64,000 nt of DNA from Candidatus Falkowbacteria bacterium (GCA_013336275.1 JAAXUA010000005.1:13863-77862), one strand, 5' to 3'; positions 25,133 through 35,552 are shown, counted from the stretch's first letter. Translations and numbers: made by a program. Notes: generated by a model from the sequence alone, not told the origin.

Positions 25133-27211
25133 ATGCCCCGAGAATATTCACTCGAAAAGACCCGCAATATCGGCATTATCGCCCATATCGATGCCGGCAA
25201 GACGACCGTGACTGAACGCATCCTGTTCTTTACCGGCAAGAAGCACAAGATCGGCGAAGTGCATGAGGGAGCGGCCACCATGGACTGGATGGAACAGGAG
25301 CAAGAACGCGGAATCACCATTACTTCCGCCGCTACGACTTGTTTTTGGAACAACCATCGCATCAATATTATCGACACCCCGGGCCACGTGGACTTTACCG
25401 TTGAGGTAGAGCGCTCTTTGCGTGTCCTTGACGGCGGCGTCATGGTTTTCGACGGCGTTGCCGGCGTTGAGCCGCAATCCGAGACCGTCTGGCACCAGGC
25501 TGAGAAGTACAAGGTACCGCGCATCGCCTTCATCAACAAGATGGATCGTACCGGCGCCGATTTCTATAAGGATTTGGAGTCTATCCATACCCGCCTGACC
25601 AAGAACGCTTTTCCGATCCAGCTGCCAATCGGCGCTGAAGCGGATTTTTTAGGTATTATCGATCTGTTTGAACGCGAAGCTCACTTCTATCTCGACGAAC
25701 TCGGTACCAAGCACGAAGTCCGTGATATTCCTGAAGACATGAAGGAGAAGGTCGAGACTTTCCGCGCTCAGCTGGTTGAAGCGATCGTCGAGAATAACGA
25801 GACGCTGATGGAGAAATATCTGGCTGGCGAAGAGATCGAAGTGGCAGTCTTGAAAGCTGAATTGCGTAAGGCAGTCATCGCCAACAAGCTGCTGCCAGTG
25901 CTTTGCGGCTCAGCTTTGAAGAATAAGGGCGTCCAGTTCTTGCTCGATTCGATCGTTGAGTTATTGCCTAACCCGTTAGACATCCCGCCAATGATCGCTA
26001 CCGATCCTGAAGACGAAACCAAACAGATTACCGTACGCATTGCTGATGATGAGAATTTTTCAGCGTTGGCCTTTAAGATAGCTACCGATCCTTTTGTCGG
26101 CAAACTGTGCTTCATCCGCGTTTATTCAGGCGTCTTGACATCCGGTTCATATGTTTTGAACGTCTCCTCTGGCGAACGCGAGCGCATCGGCCGCATCGTC
26201 CGCATGCATGCCAATAGCCGTGAAGAGGTCAAAGAGGTTTACTCGGGTGAAATCGCCGCTGTTATCGGCTTGAAGGGAACTACTACCGGCAACACTTTGT
26301 GCGACCCTGAACATCCGGTCTTGCTCGAATCAATCACCTTTCCCGAGCCGGTTATCCAGATCGCAGTCGAGCCGAAGACCAAAGTCGACCAGGAAAAGAT
26401 GGGTATCGCTTTGTCCAAATTGGCCGAAGAAGATCCGACTTTCCGCGTCACTTCGAACGAAGAGACTAATCAGACTTTGATCGCCGGCATGGGTGAGCTG
26501 CACTTGGACATCATTATCGATCGTATGAGGCGCGAGTTCAACGTCGAAGCCAATATCGGCCAACCGCAGGTTGCCTATCGCGAAACCATCAAGACCAAGG
26601 CCGAGGCTGAAGGCAAATATGTCAAGCAGTCCGGCGGTCGCGGCCAATACGGCCATTGCTGGCTCCGCATCGAGCCGAATGAGCAGGGCAAGGGTTATGA
26701 ATTCAATGATGAGACTAAGGGCGGTTCGATTCCGCGTGAATATATCGCTCCGATCGGCAAGGGCGTCAAAGAAGCTCTGGGCCGCGGCGTTCTGGCCGGC
26801 TATCCGATGGTCGACATCAAAGCTACCGTTTTTGACGGTTCATACCACGAAGTCGACTCTAACGAAGCTGCCTTTAAGATCGCCGGTTCCATGGCATTCC
26901 AAGAGGCGGCCCGCAAGGCCAAGCCTGTCATCCTTGAGCCGATGATGAAAGTCGATGTCGTTACCCCGGAACAGTTCATGGGCGACGTGATCGGCGATCT
27001 GAACTCTAAGCGCGGCCAGATCGAAGAGATGGCTGACCAGGGTCAGGCCAAGGTGATTCACGCCAAGGTGCCTTTGGCCAACATGTTCGGCTATTCCACC
27101 AGCTTGCGCTCAATGACCCAAGGAAGAGCCAGCTATTCCATGGAATTCGCCTATTACACCGAGGTACCGAACAATGTCGCTGAGGAAATCATCGGCAAGA
27201 ACAAGAAATAG
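25133..27211 (+). CDS. fusA: elongation factor G
   Basis: 692 aa; [27 protein letters not shown] GTPase motifs. Confidence 0.97.
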   Translation: MPREYSLEKTRNIGIIAHIDAGKTTVTERILFFTGKKHKIGEVHEGAATMDWMEQEQERGITITSAATTCFWNNHRINIIDTPGHVDFTVEVERSLRVLDGGVMVFDGVAGVEPQSETVWHQAEKYKVPRIAFINKMDRTGADFYKDLESIHTRLTKNAFPIQLPIGAEADFLGIIDLFEREAHFYLDELGTKHEVRDIPEDMKEKVETFRAQLVEAIVENNETLMEKYLAGEEIEVAVLKAELRKAVIANKLLPVLCGSALKNKGVQFLLDSIVELLPNPLDIPPMIATDPEDETKQITVRIADDENFSALAFKIATDPFVGKLCFIRVYSGVLTSGSYVLNVSSGERERIGRIVRMHANSREEVKEVYSGEIAAVIGLKGTTTGNTLCDPEHPVLLESITFPEPVIQIAVEPKTKVDQEKMGIALSKLAEEDPTFRVTSNEETNQTLIAGMGELHLDIIIDRMRREFNVEANIGQPQVAYRETIKTKAEAEGKYVKQSGGRGQYGHCWLRIEPNEQGKGYEFNDETKGGSIPREYIAPIGKGVKEALGRGVLAGYPMVDIKATVFDGSYHEVDSNEAAFKIAGSMAFQEAARKAKPVILEPMMKVDVVTPEQFMGDVIGDLNSKRGQIEEMADQGQAKVIHAKVPLANMFGYSTSLRSMTQGRASYSMEFAYYTEVPNNVAEEIIGKNKK

Positions 27212-27237
27212 CCTTAACTATTAATCACATAGCCCGT

Positions 27238-27642
27238 ATGTCCAACCAATTGGAAAAAGCCTTGGCACTATGCAAGAAGACCGGCGACCGGATTATCGTT
27301 TTCGAAAGTCCGCAGGCCGAAAACCCCTTCGTGCTGATGAACTTGACGGATTATGAGAAAATAGCTGTTTCTGGGAGCGAGGTCCGTGGCTTGACAGAAG
27401 CGGAGTTACTTGATAAGATAAATCGCGACATTGCGCTGTGGAAAAGCGAACAGGAGACCCTTGAATCGACCGACAGCGCAGTAGATTTTCTTGCTAGTAT
27501 TAAAGAAGATATGCCACTGAGTGATGAGTCGGCGACCCCCGAATCCAAGCGCTCCCAGTGGGCCATCAAAGACGAGGTTAAGAATGCGGCCGAAGAAGTG
27601 ATCGAAGAAGACCGCCAGTACCTCGAGACAGTCACTTATTAA
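27238..27642 (+). CDS. acidic hypothetical protein with Phd/YefM-antitoxin-like N-terminus, inserted between fusA and tuf
   Basis: 134 aa; GDRIIVFESPQAENPFVLMNLTDYEKI resembles the Phd/YefM core strand-helix; the rest is Glu/Asp/Ser-rich. Confidence 0.5.
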   Translation: MSNQLEKALALCKKTGDRIIVFESPQAENPFVLMNLTDYEKIAVSGSEVRGLTEAELLDKINRDIALWKSEQETLESTDSAVDFLASIKEDMPLSDESATPESKRSQWAIKDEVKNAAEEVIEEDRQYLETVTY

Positions 27643-27759
27643 ATCATTTATTAAATAACCTAATTAAACTAACGGCTGGTTGCCTCTATAATCAGTTGGG
27701 CTAATAACCTCCACACGTTCTTTCGTTTGGTGGGCCGTGTAAAAAAAGGAAAAAATAAT

Positions 27760-28947
27760 ATGGCAGAGAAATTCGAACGAACAAAGCCGCATGTCAACAT
27801 CGGCACCATCGGCCACGTTGACCACGGCAAGACCACTCTTACCGCAGCTATCCTCAGGGTTCTGAGCGACCGCGGTTTGACTGCTTCTGATCGCTCAGTC
27901 GACCAGATCGACTCAGCTCCGGAAGAGAAAGCTCGCGGTATCACCATCGCAACCGCCCACGTCGAATACGAATCGGAGAAGCGCCACTACGCTCATGTCG
28001 ATTGTCCTGGTCATGCTGACTACGTCAAGAACATGATTACCGGTGCTGCTCAGATGGACGGCGCTATCTTGGTTGTCGCTGCGACTGATGGCCCTATGCC
28101 TCAGACTCGCGAGCACATCCTTTTGGCTCGCCAGGTCGGCGTGCCTTACATCGTCGTCTTCTTGAACAAGTGCGACATGGTTGAGGACAAGGAATTGATC
28201 GACCTCGTCGAAGAGGAAGTCCGCGATCTCTTGAAGAAGTATGAATTCCCAGGCGACGCAACTCCGATCATCCGCGGTTCCGCTTTGCAGGCTTTGAACA
28301 ATCCTGCCGGCGAATACGGCGACAAGGTCATGGAACTGATCAAAGCTTGCGACGAATATATCCCAGAACCGATCCGCGATACCGATAAGCCTTTCTTGAT
28401 GCCTATCGAAGACATCTTCTCCATCGAAGGTCGCGGCACTGTTGTCACCGGCCGTATCGAGCGCGGTGTCATCAAGGTCAACGAAGAAGTCGAGATCGTC
28501 GGTTTGGGCGAGACCCGCAAGACCGTCGTTACTGGTATCGAAATGTTCAACAAGCAGTTGGACCAGGGTATGTCCGGCGATAACGCTGGCTTGCTCTTGC
28601 GCGGTACCAAGAAGGACGAAGTCGAGCGCGGCCAGGTATTGGCTAAGACCGGCACCGTTACTCCTCACTCCGAATTCGAAGCCGAGGTCGTCATTTTGAC
28701 CAAGGAAGAAGGCGGACGCCACAAGCCTTTCTTCAAGGGCTACAAGCCGCAGTTCTATATCCGCACCACTGACGTTACTGGTGAGGTCGAACTGCCAGCC
28801 GGCACTGAGATGGTTATGCCTGGCGATACCGTCAGCTTCACCGTCAAGCTGTTGACTGCTGTTGCACTCGAAGAGAAGATGCGTTTCGCTATCCGCGAAG
28901 GCGGTCGTACCGTCGGCGCTGGTGTCGTAACCAAGATTCTTAAATAG
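27760..28947 (+). CDS. tuf: elongation factor Tu
   Basis: [26 protein letters not shown]; start moved to ATG 27760. Confidence 0.97.
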   Translation: MAEKFERTKPHVNIGTIGHVDHGKTTLTAAILRVLSDRGLTASDRSVDQIDSAPEEKARGITIATAHVEYESEKRHYAHVDCPGHADYVKNMITGAAQMDGAILVVAATDGPMPQTREHILLARQVGVPYIVVFLNKCDMVEDKELIDLVEEEVRDLLKKYEFPGDATPIIRGSALQALNNPAGEYGDKVMELIKACDEYIPEPIRDTDKPFLMPIEDIFSIEGRGTVVTGRIERGVIKVNEEVEIVGLGETRKTVVTGIEMFNKQLDQGMSGDNAGLLLRGTKKDEVERGQVLAKTGTVTPHSEFEAEVVILTKEEGGRHKPFFKGYKPQFYIRTTDVTGEVELPAGTEMVMPGDTVSFTVKLLTAVALEEKMRFAIREGGRTVGAGVVTKILK

Positions 28948-29012
28948 CAGATTCATCCCTCGTCAAGAAATTGGCGAGGGTTAATCTATTATGTAAGTAA
29001 TTAAGCAATTTC

Positions 29013-29375
29013 ATGACCGAAGCAAAAGGAAAAACCGAAGCGAAAAAGGTTGCCGGCGGCAAGGAAGAATTCTCCCAGCGCATCCGGATCAAGATCAAGG
29101 CCTTTGATCATAAGATCATCGACCAATCGACCAAGACCATAATCGACACAGCTTTAAGGAGTGGTGCCAAGGTCTTCGGCCCGATCCCGTTGCCGACCGA
29201 GAAGAAGAAGTACACGGTTAACCGTTCCACCTTCGTGCACAAGGATGCTCGCGACCAGTTCGAGATGCGCATCCATAAGCGCATCGTGGATATCGTCGAG
29301 CCGTCTGCTCAGACCATCGAGGCGCTTTCTTCGTTGAGCTTGCCATCTGGCGTCGACGTGGAGATTAAGATGTAA
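29013..29375 (+). CDS. rpsJ: 30S ribosomal protein S10 (with about 20-aa Lys-rich N-terminal extension)
   Basis: [24 protein letters not shown]...[35 protein letters not shown]. Confidence 0.93.
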   Translation: MTEAKGKTEAKKVAGGKEEFSQRIRIKIKAFDHKIIDQSTKTIIDTALRSGAKVFGPIPLPTEKKKYTVNRSTFVHKDARDQFEMRIHKRIVDIVEPSAQTIEALSSLSLPSGVDVEIKM

Positions 29376-29515
29376 AACGAGATTGTCCTATCGCTCGAAA
29401 GGGCCACTGAGGACTGATGAGTAATCATCACCAAGATCTCAAAACAATCAGTAACGAACTCATGACGATCGACCCATCGTCACCTGCTTTATTTACCCGA
29501 ACTCAGATATCATAC

Positions 29516-29546
29516 AAAAACACCCGGCTTAACCCGGGTGTTTTTG
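29516..29546. terminator. bidirectional rho-independent terminator after rpsJ
   Basis: A5-CACCCGG (29521-27)/CCGGGTG (29334-40 offset: 29534-29540)-T5. Confidence 0.8.
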
Positions 29547-29598
29547 CTTTCAGGGCAAGAAGAAGCGCGCCGTTATCAGCGGCGCGCCTGGGGGATCG

Positions 29599-29772
29599 TC
29601 AGGCATAGATGTTTATCTTTGCCTTCGGTGCAGAGACTGTTAAAGGGGTGGGGTTTTTGAGGAGATATCTCCCCTGATTTCGTGTTGCCTCCAATTGAAT
29701 TTTTTGAAATTCTTCTCGGAAGCCGAGGTCGGTTAAAAAGTTGCTTTTTTGTTTTTTAGGTTTTGCCAACAT
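29599..29772 (-). CDS. 57-aa basic microprotein encoded antisense within the rpsJ-rplC gap
   Basis: Own translation MLAKPKKQKSNFLTDLGFREEFQKIQLEATRNQGRYLLKNPTPLTVSAPKAKINIYA; GGAGG 5 nt upstream; own consensus promoter; runs into the bidirectional terminator. Confidence 0.45.
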   Translation of the reverse strand: MLAKPKKQKSNFLTDLGFREEFQKIQLEATRNQGRYLLKNPTPLTVSAPKAKINIYA

Positions 29773-29807
29773 GGCAGCCTCCGGTTCGGTTGATTAAAAT
29801 ACTTAAT

Positions 29808-29836
29808 AATATAGCATAATTTGTTAAATTTGTCAA
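29808..29836 (-). promoter_or_regulatory. consensus sigma70 promoter (minus strand)
   Basis: TTGACA (complement of 29831-36), 17-nt spacer, TATATT (complement of 29808-13). Confidence 0.65.
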
Positions 29837-29928
29837 TGTATCTTGTGGTTATTTGAAGCCGGTTAGGGCGGCTTTTCTTGGTCCTTGCGGGCCCTTCTGG
29901 GCACTGGCAACACGCCCGTCGCAGAGCC

Positions 29929-29957
29929 TTGACATAGTGCTAGTTTTCGTGTAAGAT
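29929..29957 (+). promoter_or_regulatory. sigma70-like promoter of the rplC-led operon
   Basis: TTGACA (29929-34), 17-nt spacer, TAAGAT (29952-57); predicts a roughly 308-nt leader. Confidence 0.6.
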
Positions 29958-30144
29958 TTAATAGTTCGAAAGAAATATAAGTTTCCAACAAGCAATTTTA
30001 CACTTCTTTTATCTAAAGTTAGCTAAAAGAAAAGGTGAGAAAGCGACTCTGGAAATTGCAGGAGTAACATTCATAAATAAGCTACATAGTCACGGGATAA
30101 AAGTTCGAGCTCAAGAGGGCCTTAAGAACGATTATTTGTTTAGA

Positions 30145-30179
30145 CTGGTTTGTTTATGAACAAAGCAGTTTTTTATTTT
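30145..30179 (+). terminator. attenuator-like hairpin plus U-tract inside the rplC leader
   Basis: CTGGTTTGTT-TATG-AACAAAGCAG (9 of 10 bp) followed by TTTTTTATTTT, about 95 nt before the rplC ATG. Confidence 0.5.
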
Positions 30180-30271
30180 ATAAAGATATTATCGAATTCT
30201 CTGGATCCTTAAGGGGTCTGGCAGGCAAATGAGCCGATGGTTCCGCTTTGCTGGATTGAATTCAACAGATT

Positions 30272-31480
30272 ATGAAATTCGCATTAGCCAAGAAAGTTGA
30301 GATGACCCAGGTTTGGCGTAACGAGATCGCAATCCCCGTTACCAAGGTAAAACTCGAGCCAGGTTCAATCGTTCAGATCAAGACATCAGACCGCGACGGT
30401 TATGATGCTGTTGTCGTTGGTTTCGGTTCACGCCGCGCCAAGAATATCGCTAAGCCACAGCTCGGGCAGATGAAGGGCGTCGGCAATTTCCGTTATTTGA
30501 AAGAATTCCGTTATCGTTTGGATATCCGCACTAACGAGAAGGCTGAGTTTGCCGCTCTGACTCGCGGTTTGGCCATCGACCCAGCCACTTTCGAAGTCGG
30601 CGACATGGTCAAGGTCCAGGGTGACAGCAAGGGCAAGGGCTTCCAGGGTGGCGTCAAGCGCCATCGTTTTGCCGGCCATAAGACCACTCATGGTACCAAA
30701 GACCAGGTCCGTATGCCTGGCTCGATCGGCGCCGGTGAGCCGCAGCACGTTTTCAAAGGCACCCGCATGGCTGGCCGCATGGGCGGTGAGTCTGTTACCG
30801 TTTCGAATTTAGAGATTATCGATATCGACCTTGAAGAAGGCACTATGCTGGTCAAAGGCGCTTTGCCAGGCGCTCGCAACGGCGTTCTGACCATCGTCGG
30901 ACGCGGCGACCTCAAGACCAAGGCTGCAGCTGAAGCAAAAGCTGAAGAGAAGGTCGAAGAGGTGAAGCAGGAAGAAGCTAAGACCGAGGTCAAAGCTGAA
31001 GAGAAGGTTGAAGAAACCAAGGCAGAAGAGAAGACCGAGACTAAGGCTGAAACAAAGGCCGAAGAGAAGCCAGCTGCCGAAGTGAAAGAGGAGGCTAAGG
31101 TTGAAGAGAAGTCGGAAGAGAAAAAGGAAGAGCCTAAGCCAAAGACTGAAAAGAAAGCTGAAGAGAAGTTTGAAGATAGCTATATTGATAAGTTCAATCA
31201 CTTACCAGAAGCTGAACGTGAGAAATATTCACAGCCAGCCATCATGGATGCTTTGAACGAATTGGAAAGGCAATATAACATTGATTTGGTTCCTGTCTTG
31301 ACCAAGGTTGCAGTTGCCGAACTCAAGACCGAAGAGGTCGCCAAGTTCATCGAGACCGAATTCAAGCTTGAGACCGCCAAGGCTGAGGAAATCGCCAAGG
31401 CCATGCAAGATAAAATTTTTAACCTCGTTGCCGCCGCTCCGGCTGCCCCAACAGAGGCTCCAGTAACTAGCGAAAAATAA
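30272..31480 (+). CDS. rplC: 50S ribosomal protein L3 with about 190-aa C-terminal extension
   Basis: 402 aa; L3 core to about residue 212 (FQGGVKRHRFAGHKTTHGTKDQVRMPGSIGAG), then a Lys/Glu/Ala repeat tract and an extra C-terminal segment. Confidence 0.92.
   Translation: MKFALAKKVEMTQVWRNEIAIPVTKVKLEPGSIVQIKTSDRDGYDAVVVGFGSRRAKNIAKPQLGQMKGVGNFRYLKEFRYRLDIRTNEKAEFAALTRGLAIDPATFEVGDMVKVQGDSKGKGFQGGVKRHRFAGHKTTHGTKDQVRMPGSIGAGEPQHVFKGTRMAGRMGGESVTVSNLEIIDIDLEEGTMLVKGALPGARNGVLTIVGRGDLKTKAAAEAKAEEKVEEVKQEEAKTEVKAEEKVEETKAEEKTETKAETKAEEKPAAEVKEEAKVEEKSEEKKEEPKPKTEKKAEEKFEDSYIDKFNHLPEAEREKYSQPAIMDALNELERQYNIDLVPVLTKVAVAELKTEEVAKFIETEFKLETAKAEEIAKAMQDKIFNLVAAAPAAPTEAPVTSEK
30925..31180 (+). repeat. 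in-frame degenerate tandem repeats encoding KAEEK(V/F)E(E/D) units inside rplC
   Basis: AAAGCTGAAGAGAAGGT(C/T)GAAGA at 30938-60 and 30992-31014, AAAGCTGAAGAGAAGTTTGAAGA at 31154-76, plus more diverged copies between them. Confidence 0.8.
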
Positions 31481-31482
31481 CT

Positions 31483-32136
31483 ATGACTAAAGTTAAGTTG
31501 TACAATCAAAAAGCCGAGGCAATTGGCGAGCAGGAATTGAATGACCGTATTTTCGCTGTTGCTTTGAATGATGGCTTGGTCCATCAGGCAGTCGTTACCC
31601 AGCTGGCTAACGAACGACAGGTTTTGGCCCACACCAAAGGTCGCGCTGAAGTGCGCGGCGGCGGCAAGAAGCCATGGAAACAGAAGGGCACCGGACGCGC
31701 TCGCGCCGGTTCATCCCGTTCACCGATCTGGATCGGCGGCGGCGTGACCTTCGGTCCGTTGAACAATCGCAATTTCACAAAGAAGATCAACACGAAGATG
31801 AAGCAGCAGGCTTTATATATGGCTTTGACCGACAAGTTGGCTCACAATCAGCTGATGCTGCTTGATAAGGTCGAGTTCACCGAAATCAAGACCAAGGTTT
31901 TTAGTGAGATGCTTAAGGGTATCGAGACTAAGGTTTTGCCTCGCGAGGCTAAGACTAAGCGCAGCGCTTTGGTCGTATTAGCCGGCAAGGATGAAAATAC
32001 CAAGCTTTCTGGACGCAACCTGGCTGGCGTCGAGGTCATCAATCTGGACAACCTGAACATCGTCGATGTCCTGAAATACCGCGACCTGATCATGACCGTC
32101 GATGGTGTTAAAAAATTAGAAGCAAGATTAAAGTAA
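31483..32136 (+). CDS. rplD: 50S ribosomal protein L4
   Basis: 217 aa; RGGGKKPWKQKGTGRARAGSSRSPIW. Confidence 0.95.
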   Translation: MTKVKLYNQKAEAIGEQELNDRIFAVALNDGLVHQAVVTQLANERQVLAHTKGRAEVRGGGKKPWKQKGTGRARAGSSRSPIWIGGGVTFGPLNNRNFTKKINTKMKQQALYMALTDKLAHNQLMLLDKVEFTEIKTKVFSEMLKGIETKVLPREAKTKRSALVVLAGKDENTKLSGRNLAGVEVINLDNLNIVDVLKYRDLIMTVDGVKKLEARLK

Positions 32137-32140
32137 ATCT

Positions 32141-32608
32141 ATGGCAATATTTGGCAAAAAAGAAGAAACTGCAGCTGCCAGCAAGCCGGCCGCCAAGAAA
32201 TCGGCTGCCCCTAAGACTGCTAAGACTGCCGCTGCCAAGGCTCCAGCCGATTCCAGCATGAAGGATCTTTATTCGGAAGGCGGCAAGAAAGCGTCTGATA
32301 AGACCGAGAGCAAGCGCAAGTATGATCAGGCTTATCGCTGGATCGTCAAGCCGTTGGTTACTGAGAAGGCCAGCGTCCTGAACGCCTTGAACCAATATGT
32401 TTTCGCCGTTGCTAAGGATGCCAACAAGATCGAGGTGGCCAAGGCCATCGAGTCGATCTACGGAGTCAAGCCGGTTTCCGTAAACATGCTGCGTGTCTCT
32501 GGCAAGAACGTCCGCTTCGGACGCATCCAGGGCAAGCGCAAGGATTGGAAGAAGGCCGTCGTCACTCTGCCGGCCGGCAAGTCGATCAAAGTTTACGAAG
32601 GAGTTTAA
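32141..32608 (+). CDS. rplW: 50S ribosomal protein L23 with about 55-aa Ala/Lys-rich N-terminal extension
   Basis: L23 core IVKPLVTEKASVLNALNQYVFAVAKDANKIEVAKAIE in the C-terminal 100 aa. Confidence 0.92.
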   Translation: MAIFGKKEETAAASKPAAKKSAAPKTAKTAAAKAPADSSMKDLYSEGGKKASDKTESKRKYDQAYRWIVKPLVTEKASVLNALNQYVFAVAKDANKIEVAKAIESIYGVKPVSVNMLRVSGKNVRFGRIQGKRKDWKKAVVTLPAGKSIKVYEGV

Positions 32609-32634
32609 TAGAAAGTAATTCGCATTGAGCATAT

Positions 32635-33474
32635 ATGGCTATTATCAAAGTAAAACCTACAACCAATGGACGGCGCGGAATGAGTTTTGATGATTTTTCA
32701 GACATCACCAAACGCGAACCGGAAAAGGCATTGGTCATCGTAAAAAAGCGCTGCTCTGGCCGCAATAACCAGGGTAAGATCACTGTCCGCCATCGCGGCG
32801 GCGGTTCTAAGCGCGGCATCCGCATCATCGATTTCAAGCGTGACAAGTTCGGCATTCCGGGCAAGGTCGCAGCTATCGAGTACGATCCGAATCGCGGAGC
32901 CCGTTTAGCTTTGATTAATTATGCCGATGGCGCGAAGCGTTATATCGTCGCTCCTGTCGACTTGAATGTCGGCGCAGCCATTATGAGCTCACAAGAGCAG
33001 ATCGAGATCCTTCCAGGAAACGCGATGCCGGTCAAGTTCATCCCAGCCGGTGTCATGATTTACAATATCGAGTTACAGCCTGGCCAGGGCGGCAAGATCG
33101 CCCGCGGTGCCGGTGTCGGAGTCCGCGTGATGGGCGTCGAGGGCAATTTCGCCCAGATCAAGATGCCATCCGGCGAAATCCGCCTGATCAAGAAAGAATG
33201 CTTGTGCTCTATCGGCCAAGTCTCCAATCCTGACCATTCGAAGATCAATGTCGGCAAGGCCGGACGCAGCCGCCGTATGGGCATCCGTCCTACCGTCCGC
33301 GGTACGGCCATGAATCCGAATGATCATCCACATGGCGGCGGCGAAGGCAACCAGCCGATCGGTTTGAAGCATCCGAAGACCAAGTGGGGCAAGCACGCTT
33401 TGGGCGTCAAGACTCGCAGGAGCAAGAAGTCCTCGAGCAAGCTGATCATCCAGAGGCGCAAAAAGAACAAGTAA
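32635..33474 (+). CDS. rplB: 50S ribosomal protein L2
   Basis: 279 aa; [31 protein letters not shown]. Confidence 0.97.
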   Translation: MAIIKVKPTTNGRRGMSFDDFSDITKREPEKALVIVKKRCSGRNNQGKITVRHRGGGSKRGIRIIDFKRDKFGIPGKVAAIEYDPNRGARLALINYADGAKRYIVAPVDLNVGAAIMSSQEQIEILPGNAMPVKFIPAGVMIYNIELQPGQGGKIARGAGVGVRVMGVEGNFAQIKMPSGEIRLIKKECLCSIGQVSNPDHSKINVGKAGRSRRMGIRPTVRGTAMNPNDHPHGGGEGNQPIGLKHPKTKWGKHALGVKTRRSKKSSSKLIIQRRKKNK

Positions 33475-33491
33475 TTCAACATTCCAATATT

Positions 33492-33779
33492 ATGTCGAGA
33501 AGTTTAAAAAAAGGTCCATACGTTAATGAGCGCATCGTAAAGAAGGTGCTGAACCTGAAGCCAGGCGATAAGACTGTGATCAAGGTTTGGGATCGCGCTG
33601 CCACCATCACCCCGGAAATGGTAGGATTCACATTCGGCGTCCACAACGGCCGCCAGCACACTCCGGTTTATGTGGTTGAGAACATGGTCGGCCACAAGCT
33701 GGGAGAATTCTCTCCGACCAGGAAGTTCGTCAGCCATGGCGGCAAGATGGCCAAAGATCAGGCCAAAGGCAAGAAGTAA
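33492..33779 (+). CDS. rpsS: 30S ribosomal protein S19
   Basis: [10 protein letters not shown]...[11 protein letters not shown]; start moved to ATG 33492. Confidence 0.95.
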   Translation: MSRSLKKGPYVNERIVKKVLNLKPGDKTVIKVWDRAATITPEMVGFTFGVHNGRQHTPVYVVENMVGHKLGEFSPTRKFVSHGGKMAKDQAKGKK

Positions 33780-33812
33780 GCATTTAACTAAACTTGGACA
33801 TTAGGTAATCAT

Positions 33813-34391
33813 ATGGAAATTACAGCCAAAGCAAAACATATTCACATGTCAGCACGCAAGGTCCGCCTGGTGGTTGATGTGGTGCGCGGCAATAAGGTTG
33901 ATCAGGCTTTAGCACAGTTGCAGTTCATCAATAAGCTTGCTACCAAACCGGTCGCCAAGCTGATCAATTCGGCTATCGCCAACGCGGAACACAACTTCAA
34001 TCTGGATCGCACCAACCTGTTCGTCAAGACCATCCGCGTCGATGAAGGCGTGACCATGAAGCGCTGGATGCCTAAGGCTCATGGACGCGCTACCCCGATC
34101 CGCAAGCGCTCCAGCCACATCATCGTGACTCTGGCTGAAATCAAAGATAGCGGCAGCCTGAAGGCTCGCGAGCAGAAGATCGAGGCTCCGATCAAACTCG
34201 GCACTAAGCCGACCGAAGAAGAGGGAGTCAAGGTCAAGAAGACTGACAAATCAAATGTACCGACCGAGACTGCTGATGAGAAGGGCGCCAAGGTCAATGA
34301 CCCGCGCTATACCGGACGCAGCGGACACGCTAAAGTCGAAGGCGGCAGCAAAGGCTTCGTCGGCAAGATGTTTCAGCGCAAGAGCGGCTAA
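33813..34391 (+). CDS. rplV: 50S ribosomal protein L22 with about 80-aa C-terminal extension
   Basis: SARKVRLVVDVVRGNKVDQALAQLQF...RWMPKAHGRATPIRKRSSHI. Confidence 0.93.
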   Translation: MEITAKAKHIHMSARKVRLVVDVVRGNKVDQALAQLQFINKLATKPVAKLINSAIANAEHNFNLDRTNLFVKTIRVDEGVTMKRWMPKAHGRATPIRKRSSHIIVTLAEIKDSGSLKAREQKIEAPIKLGTKPTEEEGVKVKKTDKSNVPTETADEKGAKVNDPRYTGRSGHAKVEGGSKGFVGKMFQRKSG

Positions 34392-34418
34392 TATTTTGAG
34401 AATAACTAATAAGATACT

Positions 34419-35111
34419 ATGGGACAAAAAGTCAATCCAAAAATTTTCCGAATCGGCATTACTAGAACCTGGGATTCGAAGTGGTTTGCTCAAGGCAAGG
34501 CCTATGCAAGCAATTTGGAACAGGATACCAAAGTGCGCAGGTATTTGATCAAGGAATTGCGCGAAGCCGGTGTCGATCGCGTAGAAGTCGAACGGAATCA
34601 TAAGAAGATTTCTGTCGGCATCTTTACTGCTAAGCCGGGACTGATTATCGGCCGCGGTGGCGCAGGTGCGGAAGATTTGAAGAAGAAGATCCACACCAAG
34701 TTTTTGAAAAATTATAAGATTTCCGACATTACTTTGAATATCACCGAAGTTGATCGTCCGAATCTGTCAGCCCAAATCCTGGCCCAGTCGATGGCTTTGG
34801 AAATCGAGAAGCGCATGCCTTTCCGCCGCGTCATGAAGCAGGCTATCAACCGCGTCGAGCGGGCCGGAGCCTTGGGCGTCAAAGTCGGCATCAAGGGTCG
34901 TCTGAACGGTGCGGAAATCGCCCGTAGCGAAGTCCTGACTTCCGGTTCGATCCCGCTGCACACCATGCGCGCAGACATCGATTACGCTCTGACCACTGCC
35001 GCCACCACCTACGGCGCTATCGGCATCAAAGTCTGGGTCTACAAAGGCGAAGTATTCGGCGGTGCCCAGTCCAAGAAGGGCGAAGTCATCAGAGAAAGGT
35101 CTAAAAAGTAA
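34419..35111 (+). CDS. rpsC: 30S ribosomal protein S3
   Basis: MGQKVNPKIFRIGITRTWDSKWF; KH and S3-C domains. Confidence 0.97.
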   Translation: MGQKVNPKIFRIGITRTWDSKWFAQGKAYASNLEQDTKVRRYLIKELREAGVDRVEVERNHKKISVGIFTAKPGLIIGRGGAGAEDLKKKIHTKFLKNYKISDITLNITEVDRPNLSAQILAQSMALEIEKRMPFRRVMKQAINRVERAGALGVKVGIKGRLNGAEIARSEVLTSGSIPLHTMRADIDYALTTAATTYGAIGIKVWVYKGEVFGGAQSKKGEVIRERSKK

Positions 35112-35140
35112 TTTTTGTATAATAGTTTGAAGAAAATACT

Positions 35141-35548
35141 ATGTTAATGCCCAAGAAAACTAAATGGCGCAAATCACATAAAGGCAGCCGCGGAGGCAAG
35201 GCTACTCGCATGATCGATGTCAGTTTCGGCGAGTTCGGCTTGCAGAGCACTGAGAACTGCTGGGTTACCGCCCGTCAGATTGAAGCTACCCGCCGTGTCT
35301 TGACCCGCTACTTGAAAAAGGGCGGCAAGCTCTGGATCCGCGTTTTCCCGCACAAGCCGGTCACTCAGAAGTCAGGCGAAGTGCCTATGGGTAAAGGTAA
35401 GGGTTCAGTCGATCATTATGTGGCAGTCGTCAAGCCAGGCATGGTCTTGTTCGAAATCGAAGGTATTACCGCTGAATTGGCACGCGAGGCGATAACTTTG
35501 GCCGGCCACAAGCTGCCGGTGAAGTCTAAGTTCGTAACTAAGCACTAA
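35141..35548 (+). CDS. rplP: 50S ribosomal protein L16
   Basis: [15 protein letters not shown]...[13 protein letters not shown]. Confidence 0.96.
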   Translation: MLMPKKTKWRKSHKGSRGGKATRMIDVSFGEFGLQSTENCWVTARQIEATRRVLTRYLKKGGKLWIRVFPHKPVTQKSGEVPMGKGKGSVDHYVAVVKPGMVLFEIEGITAELAREAITLAGHKLPVKSKFVTKH

Positions 35549-35552
35549 GAAT

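Noticed and set aside
29400-29440. CTGATGAG preceded by CGAAA, suggestive of a hammerhead ribozyme core
   Set aside because: TGATGA-GTAA-TCATCA simply forms a 6-bp GNRA-capped hairpin. There is not enough sequence between GAAA and CUGAUGA for stems I and III, so no hammerhead topology fits.
30925-31180. Repeated 23-nt units that might look like a repeat array
   Set aside because: They are in frame inside rplC, have no spacer structure, and encode KAEEK-type low-complexity protein. This is not a CRISPR or intergenic array.
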